From NCBI GenBank assembly GCA_030428125.1, contig JAUIBF010000001.1, forward strand, positions 362,383 through 426,382: 64,000 bases of DNA, given 5' to 3'. The translations under genes were made by a program, and so were the position numbers. Shown here piece after piece: positions 58,951 to 64,000 of this stretch (the stretch's first letter is position 1; every line of letters starts with the position of its first letter). The notes under the pieces are model-generated. The model saw only the letters and a program-made list of their open reading frames with translations. It had not been told where the DNA came from and ran no database searches. Source of the DNA: a bacterium (GTDB lineage: Bacteria; Patescibacteriota; Saccharimonadia; Saccharimonadales; SZUA-47).

Positions 58951-59166
58951 ATTAAAACTATTGCTTAAAGCGCTAGAAAGAGATTATCCGGGTTCAAGCG
59001 CAGCTTTTACTTGTGAACTTCCACCTAATGCTTTACGAAAGACCATCAGTATTGTAGAATAATAGTACAAATTAATTGTGCGTGACTAAAAGTCATCCCT
59101 GGAAACACCACTAAATGCCCAAGGAAGATGTTACACCACATAAATATCAAATAGGAGATATTTATT

Positions 59167-59550
59167 ATGGCTGAAGCCAAAAAACCAGCTGCTAAAAAAG
59201 CGGCAACAAAGAAAACAGCAGCGCCTGCTGCACCAGCAAAGCCTGGAATGCAACGAATTCGTATTCGTCTGAAAGCCTATGATCATAAAGTAATCGACCA
59301 GTCTGCAAAACAGATTGTTGATACAGCACTGCGTAACGGTGCTAAGATTGCTGGCCCAATTCCACTACCTACACGTAAGAGTACTTTTACTGTCGTTAAG
59401 AGCCCTCACGTTTACAAAAAAGGTCGTGAACAGTTCGAAATGCGTGTCCATAAGCGACTTATCGACGTTCTAGAACCAACTCCAAAGACTATCGATTCAT
59501 TAATGAATTTATCTTTGCCAGCCGGTTGTGACGCTGAAATAAAAATGTAA
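59167..59550 (+). CDS. rpsJ: 30S ribosomal protein S10 with a Lys/Ala/Pro-rich N-terminal extension
   Basis: AGGAG SD before 59167. The S10 core begins at [19 protein letters not shown] (an internal ATG at 59248 would give a conventional length). Confidence 0.93.
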   Translation: MAEAKKPAAKKAATKKTAAPAAPAKPGMQRIRIRLKAYDHKVIDQSAKQIVDTALRNGAKIAGPIPLPTRKSTFTVVKSPHVYKKGREQFEMRVHKRLIDVLEPTPKTIDSLMNLSLPAGCDAEIKM

Positions 59551-59567
59551 CCATATTAAATTACCTT

Positions 59568-60266
59568 ATGTCCAAGCCTAGAACTGAAACCGGCAGAGTC
59601 CTTAGGACTGCGGGAAATATAGTAAATTCATTTTCAGCCTACAGTAGAACAGAAATTCATGAACATGAAGAAAGTGCTTTAACGAAGCTTGATGCCGAGT
59701 CTGGGAGGTTCATAAGGGAAGTCTTAGAAATGTCAGGTAGATTCGGTAATCCAATGGATGCGGACATTTGCCCTACGGATAGGGTTCGTTCACATATCGA
59801 TCCACACTTAGAATTCATGAGACCATCTTTAGCTAAAGTATACAAAAAGCTTACGGAAACTATGTACGAGCTGAAGCAGCGTACAATTCCTCGTTTAACT
59901 CCGGGAATACTCAATTTGGTAAGTGAAGTTAATAAGGCAGGTGAGGTTACGCGCGAAGAGCTAGAATCAATGGCGAGAGAGTATTTCGATGATGAAGGTA
60001 TCGAAAGGCATTTATTCTTTATGGGATACACTGTCGGGGGAAAGACTTACGAACACGCCGAAACAGTACAAAAGCCCGAAACCTTTAGTGAGGCACTAGC
60101 GCTAGGCTTAGATAGGATTTGGACTCCTATTTTTCTCGAACGGGTCCTTCAGACTAGTAACTACATTGTTTCATCGCTGGGCGCGTGTTCACTGAAAGTG
60201 ACAATGGATTGTTTTGAAGCTAGTCCTCAAGAGCCAATAGCTGGCAGTATGCTACAATACCGCTAA
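59568..60266 (+). CDS. hypothetical 232-aa protein (rpsJ-rplC insert, gene 1)
   Basis: The ATG lies 17 nt after the rpsJ stop. No family recognised. Confidence 0.5.
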   Translation: MSKPRTETGRVLRTAGNIVNSFSAYSRTEIHEHEESALTKLDAESGRFIREVLEMSGRFGNPMDADICPTDRVRSHIDPHLEFMRPSLAKVYKKLTETMYELKQRTIPRLTPGILNLVSEVNKAGEVTREELESMAREYFDDEGIERHLFFMGYTVGGKTYEHAETVQKPETFSEALALGLDRIWTPIFLERVLQTSNYIVSSLGACSLKVTMDCFEASPQEPIAGSMLQYR

Positions 60267-60544
60267 TGGCTAAGAAAAAACAGACACGAAAAAACAAAGC
60301 ACTTATTGAGCCGGATTCGTTATTTTTCCTAAAATTAGTAGTTCTACTAATCATCGGTTCACAATGGATATTTATAAATAGCGGCGACAGTTGGCAGATT
60401 CCTATCCCAATTGGTTTTATATTGGGATTGGTTTTAGTTACTCACGAGCACTTCCAGATAGACAGAAAGATTGAGTACGCTCTGCTGCTTATAGCGTCGT
60501 TCATAGCCTTTTGGCTACCAGTCGGTCTAGTTATACAGCTATAG
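60266..60544 (+). CDS. small membrane protein (rpsJ-rplC insert, gene 2)
   Basis: 92 aa. TAATG overlap with the upstream ORF. Basic N-terminus then about three hydrophobic segments. Confidence 0.55.
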   Translation: MAKKKQTRKNKALIEPDSLFFLKLVVLLIIGSQWIFINSGDSWQIPIPIGFILGLVLVTHEHFQIDRKIEYALLLIASFIAFWLPVGLVIQL

Positions 60545-60580
60545 CTTGCAAAATAATGTGCTAAGTGTAATTGTGTACCT

Positions 60581-60955
60581 ATGAGTAGACTTACTAGAGT
60601 GGTTGCAACATCTTTGCTTTTAGCACCTTCGGCGTGTGGTCAAGATAGTTCTCTCGAGATTGAAGCACGGGATCCTTTCGCGCTAAATACGGCTATGGTT
60701 AAAGAAATAGAAGACAGAGACTATGACTGGAGCTCTGACTATATAGAAGGCTTCGCTGTTGGGGCTGCCTCAAGGTGTATAGATCTCGCCAGAGAGCGAC
60801 ACTACGCCATCGGAGATCAATACTTAGAAGAGGATATATCGGTTGAAGACAGAGAAGATTATAGTAGTGGTATAGAAAACTCGGCTGCAGTAGGAGAGTC
60901 ATTGATTGTGCATTTGTGTTCGGAGGCATTGGAAAGAATCAAACACACAGTGTAG
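60581..60955 (+). CDS. putative secreted protein/lipoprotein (rpsJ-rplC insert, gene 3)
   Basis: 124 aa. Layout TTGCAA-N16-TAATTG-N7-ATG. Signal-peptide-like MSRLTRVVATSLLLAPSAC, with Cys at a weak lipobox. Confidence 0.5.
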   Translation: MSRLTRVVATSLLLAPSACGQDSSLEIEARDPFALNTAMVKEIEDRDYDWSSDYIEGFAVGAASRCIDLARERHYAIGDQYLEEDISVEDREDYSSGIENSAAVGESLIVHLCSEALERIKHTV

Positions 60956-61037
60956 TAGAATAGTCAACCACAGTAGTGAGCACTACGTGCTACTACATGG
61001 CAGGCATATTGACACTAAGTGTAGTAATATAGTCAAC
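60949..61037 (+). repeat. 20-nt direct repeat pair flanking a hairpin, upstream of the rplC promoter
   Basis: AGTGTAGTAGAATAGTCAAC (60949-60968) and AGTGTAGTAATATAGTCAAC (61018-61037) match at 18/20. A 10-bp hairpin lies at 60973-60996. The inverted repeat TAGTCAA-CGTA-TTGACTA lies at 61030-61047. Confidence 0.6.
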
Positions 61038-61040
61038 GTA

Positions 61041-61070
61041 TTGACTAAAGTTAATACTTTGTGCTAAGAT
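61041..61070 (+). promoter_or_regulatory. promoter for rplC-rplD-rplW-rplB-rpsS
   Basis: TTGACT-N18-TAAGAT with an extended-10 TGc. Confidence 0.55.
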
Positions 61071-61232
61071 GTAAGTCAATCGCAAAACTTGGTGAATCAG
61101 AAAGTCTGATAAAAAAGAAACTCCTGACACCAAGAATTTTTATGTCTAAGAGACATGCAAAAATGCCCGCGGTGCCGGTATCACTAACAACTAAATATGA
61201 AAGGTACAGGAGTAAAACTCTGTAACCACACT

Positions 61233-61853
61233 ATGAAAGCGCTCATAACGAGAAAACTTGGCATGACTAGTACCATCGAAGAAGACGGTACAGTTACTGC
61301 TGTTACATTGCTTTCCGCTAGTCCATGCGTAATTACGCAGATCAAAGATGCTGAAAAAGACGGTTATCAGTCTATTCAGGTTGGCTTTGAAGAAACTAAG
61401 CGGGTAAATAAGGCACAAGAAAACCACTTTAAGAAGTCTAAGGCTATGCCGAAGATTATTCGCGAATTCCGCACAGAAGGCTTAGAGCTTCCAGAAGACC
61501 TCGCCGTTGGATCAAAACTAACAGCAGAGGTCTTTTCAGTTGGAGACGTAGTCGACGTAACCGGAACTAGCAAAGGTAAAGGTTTCACATCTACAATCAA
61601 ACGACACAACTTCCACCGTCAGCGAAAGACTCATGGTGGTAAAGGAAATACACGTCAGCCTGGTTCTATCGGTTCTATGTACCCGCAGAAGATTTTCAAA
61701 GGTAAGAAAATGGCCGGTCAGTCTGGTGCTGAACGAGTAACAGTAAAGAACCTAAAAGTTGCTATCGTAGATACCGATAAAGGTGTTTTGGCTGTAACTG
61801 GTGCAGTTCCTGGACCGCGAAAAAGTATTGTTCTAGTGAAAGGAGCTAAATAA
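61233..61853 (+). CDS. rplC: 50S ribosomal protein L3
   Basis: Start set at MKALITRKLGMTS, a typical L3 N-terminus; the track ORF begins at 61197. Confidence 0.95.
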   Translation: MKALITRKLGMTSTIEEDGTVTAVTLLSASPCVITQIKDAEKDGYQSIQVGFEETKRVNKAQENHFKKSKAMPKIIREFRTEGLELPEDLAVGSKLTAEVFSVGDVVDVTGTSKGKGFTSTIKRHNFHRQRKTHGGKGNTRQPGSIGSMYPQKIFKGKKMAGQSGAERVTVKNLKVAIVDTDKGVLAVTGAVPGPRKSIVLVKGAK

Positions 61854-62494
61854 TGGCTGTTGCAACCTATACAAAGTCTGGCTCTAAAGCTAGCGCACCT
61901 GCAAAACTGGATAAAGCAGTTTTCGATGTAGAGATTAAGAATCACGAGTTAGTTAAGCAAGCATATACTGCATACTTAGCTAACGGACGTGAAAACCTAA
62001 GCAAGACACTGCGACGTGGTGAAGTACGTGGTGGTGGTAAGAAGCCTTGGAAACAAAAAGGTACTGGACGTGCACGTTTCGGTTCCATCCGTGTTCCAAT
62101 CTGGCGTGGTGGTGGTATTACTTTTGGTCCATTGGGCGAAGAGAACTATTCTAAGAAACTTACAAAAGCTGCTAAACAAACAGCTATCCGCCAAGCTCTA
62201 ACTATGAATAAAGACAATGTTAAAGTTGTAGATTCTGTCGAAGCTAAAGATGGCAAGACAGCTGAATTAGCGAAACTTCTTAAGAAAGTTGAAGCTAAGG
62301 GAAACGTCCTTGTAGCTGTAGAGACCAAAGACGAAACTGTTGTTCGTGCTAGTAACAATCTAGAAAACGTAAAGCTAGTTAACGCGTCTTACCTAAACGT
62401 TTACGACATCATGAATGCTGACACGATTGTAATTAGCAAAAAAGGCCTAGACTTGGTTCACGAGTGGCTAGGTGTTAAGAAGGAGGCTAAATAA
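61853..62494 (+). CDS. rplD: 50S ribosomal protein L4
   Basis: 213 aa. TAATG overlap with rplC. Contains GGGKKPWKQKGTGRAR. Confidence 0.96.
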   Translation: MAVATYTKSGSKASAPAKLDKAVFDVEIKNHELVKQAYTAYLANGRENLSKTLRRGEVRGGGKKPWKQKGTGRARFGSIRVPIWRGGGITFGPLGEENYSKKLTKAAKQTAIRQALTMNKDNVKVVDSVEAKDGKTAELAKLLKKVEAKGNVLVAVETKDETVVRASNNLENVKLVNASYLNVYDIMNADTIVISKKGLDLVHEWLGVKKEAK

Positions 62495-62871
62495 TGAGTG
62501 CAATTACCCTAAAGCCTCGAATGAGCGAAAAGACTTACGCACAAAGTGCAAACGGTGTATACGTATTCGAAGTTGACAAATCAGTTAACAAGCACGAAAT
62601 TGCTGACGCAGTAGAGAAAGTTTACGGCGTATCAGTAGTTGATGTGCGAACAGTTATCGCTAAAGGTAAAGTTAAGAGAATTTACCGAAATCGACGATTT
62701 ACTACTGGTAAGCGAAACGATATCAAGAAAGCTTATGTAACTTTGAAAGCTGGAGACCAAATCCCGATTTTTGCTGCTGTTGAAGAAGCTGAAGCTCAAG
62801 AAGAAAAAGTTGTAGCAAAGCAAGAGAAAAAGGCTAAAAAAGAAGCCAAGAAAGAAAAGAAGGAGAAATAG
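62494..62871 (+). CDS. rplW: 50S ribosomal protein L23 with a Lys/Glu-rich C-terminal tail
   Basis: 125 aa. TAATG overlap with rplD. L23 core (LKPRMSEKT...KKAYVTL) followed by the tail KKAKKEAKKEKKEK. Confidence 0.95.
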   Translation: MSAITLKPRMSEKTYAQSANGVYVFEVDKSVNKHEIADAVEKVYGVSVVDVRTVIAKGKVKRIYRNRRFTTGKRNDIKKAYVTLKAGDQIPIFAAVEEAEAQEEKVVAKQEKKAKKEAKKEKKEK

Positions 62872-62874
62872 GCG

Positions 62875-63732
62875 ATGGCTGTTAAAACCCTAAAACCAAC
62901 CACCCCCGGCAGAAGAGGCATGACCACTCGTGATTTCTCAGATATTACGACTTCAAAGCCAGTTAAAAGCTTGGTTAAGTCTAAGAAAATTACTGCTGGC
63001 CGAAACAACCAAGGACGAATCACAACTCGTCACAAAGGTTCTGGAGTAAAGAAAAACATTCGTATTGTAAACTTCAACTTACCTGTTGGAACTGAAGCTG
63101 TTGTAGAGCATATCGAATACGATCCAGGTCGCAGTGCAAATATTGCAAGAATCAAAGACCAAGATGGACGCTATCACTATATTATTGCTCCAAACAAGCT
63201 TAAAGTCGGCAAGAAAATTTCTTGTGGCCCTGAAGCACCTGTATCAACCGGCAACCGTCTTCCACTTCGGAACATACCTGCCGGTTCTGTAATTCACGCT
63301 GTTGAACTAACTGCAGGTAAAGGTGCACAAATCGTACGTTCTGCTGGAAACAGTGCACAGTTAGTTGCTAAAGAAGATGATTATTCTCAAGTCCGCTTAC
63401 CATCAGGTGAAGTACGAAAAGTACGTTCTGACTGCATGGCTAGTATTGGAAGTATCGGTAACGAACAGCACCAGAACATCAAGTATGGTAAAGCTGGTCG
63501 AAAGCGAAAAATGGGAATTCGTCCAACAGTTCGTGGTGTAGTTATGAACGCTGCAGATCACCCACACGGTGGTGGTGACGGTGGTAGACACGGTGTTGGT
63601 GGTTCAGTTAATCACGGTGCGGCTCCTCGTACACCATGGGGTCAAAAGACTCTTGGATACAAGACTCGCAAGCGAAGTAAAACAAGTAATAAATTTATCG
63701 TGCGCAGCCGCCACGAGGCTAAAAGGAAGTAA
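62875..63732 (+). CDS. rplB: 50S ribosomal protein L2
   Basis: 285 aa with MNAADHPHGGGDGG and GRRGMTT. Confidence 0.97.
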   Translation: MAVKTLKPTTPGRRGMTTRDFSDITTSKPVKSLVKSKKITAGRNNQGRITTRHKGSGVKKNIRIVNFNLPVGTEAVVEHIEYDPGRSANIARIKDQDGRYHYIIAPNKLKVGKKISCGPEAPVSTGNRLPLRNIPAGSVIHAVELTAGKGAQIVRSAGNSAQLVAKEDDYSQVRLPSGEVRKVRSDCMASIGSIGNEQHQNIKYGKAGRKRKMGIRPTVRGVVMNAADHPHGGGDGGRHGVGGSVNHGAAPRTPWGQKTLGYKTRKRSKTSNKFIVRSRHEAKRK

Positions 63733-63741
63733 GGATTAGAT

Positions 63742-64000
63742 ATGTCTAGATCACTGAAAAAAGGTCCTTTTATCGATCCAAAGCTTGCAAAGAAGGTTGG
63801 AGCACTAGGTAAAGAAGACCGAACAATTATCAAGACTTGGGCACGAAGTTCAACTATACCACCAGAATTTGTTGGTAGAACTATCGCTGTTCATAACGGA
63901 AAAGTTCACGTTCCAGTTTTTATTACTGAAAACATGGTAGGCCACAAACTTGGCGAGTTTGCACCAACACGTAAGTTCCGGCGTCACGGTGGAAAGTTGG
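63742..64000 (+). CDS. rpsS: 30S ribosomal protein S19 (3' end runs off the window)
   Basis: Not in the ORF track because no stop is reached. My translation is [19 protein letters not shown]...[35 protein letters not shown]. Confidence 0.93.
   Translation, partial: MSRSLKKGPFIDPKLAKKVGALGKEDRTIIKTWARSSTIPPEFVGRTIAVHNGKVHVPVFITENMVGHKLGEFAPTRKFRRHGGKL

Noticed and set aside
61142-61225. A 27-codon basic micro-ORF (MSKRHAKMPAVPVSLTTKYERYRSKTL) in the rplC leader, as a possible small ribosomal protein or leader peptide.
   Set aside because: It has no SD or leaderless geometry and does not resemble L34, L36 or other small ribosomal proteins I know. The evidence is too weak to call.

Overview
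This 64-kb window looks like the core chromosome of a small-genome, Gram-positive-type bacterium. Supporting signs are a sortase-like LASTG sorting signal, a class A PBP, ClpC with a UVR-like motif, CIRCE operators, a ytxG/ytxH-like pair and a PilB-type ATPase. The style resembles Patescibacteria/Saccharibacteria, but that is inference only because no database search was possible. The standard genetic code fits.

About 40 housekeeping genes are recognisable by motif: gatCAB, galU, dnaE, pilB-like, malic enzyme, rplS, rnhB, yraN, pepN, nusA, clpC, radA, PBP1A, tyrS, recG, rsmD, tRNA-Leu(UAG), hisS, tig, clpP, rpoBC, rpsL-rpsG-fusA-tuf, and rpsJ-rplC-rplD-rplW-rplB-rpsS (the last truncated by the window edge).

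The main observations are:
1. About 20 ORFs that I cannot assign to any family, all on the + strand, sit in nearly every junction between core genes. Nine of them break the normally contiguous str/S10 translation supercluster at all four junctions. One is a 487-aa protein whose C-terminus looks RelE/ParE-like.
2. Two perfect consensus CIRCE (HrcA) operators lie on the promoters of clpC and clpP, with identical promoter geometry.
3. The tRNA-Leu locus holds an intact tRNA nested between the 5' and 3' fragments of a second tRNA-Leu with compensatory acceptor changes, plus a third 3'-end remnant. It borders a terminator-bounded island of orphan genes with no integrase.
4. Leaderless-type starts (-10 hexamer, 6-9 nt, then ATG) are widespread at the first gene of transcription units.
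5. The class I HIGH signature of TyrRS reads QIGN.

I saw no CRISPR array, transposase, integrase or rRNA. All coordinates and spacings were counted by hand from the sequence.
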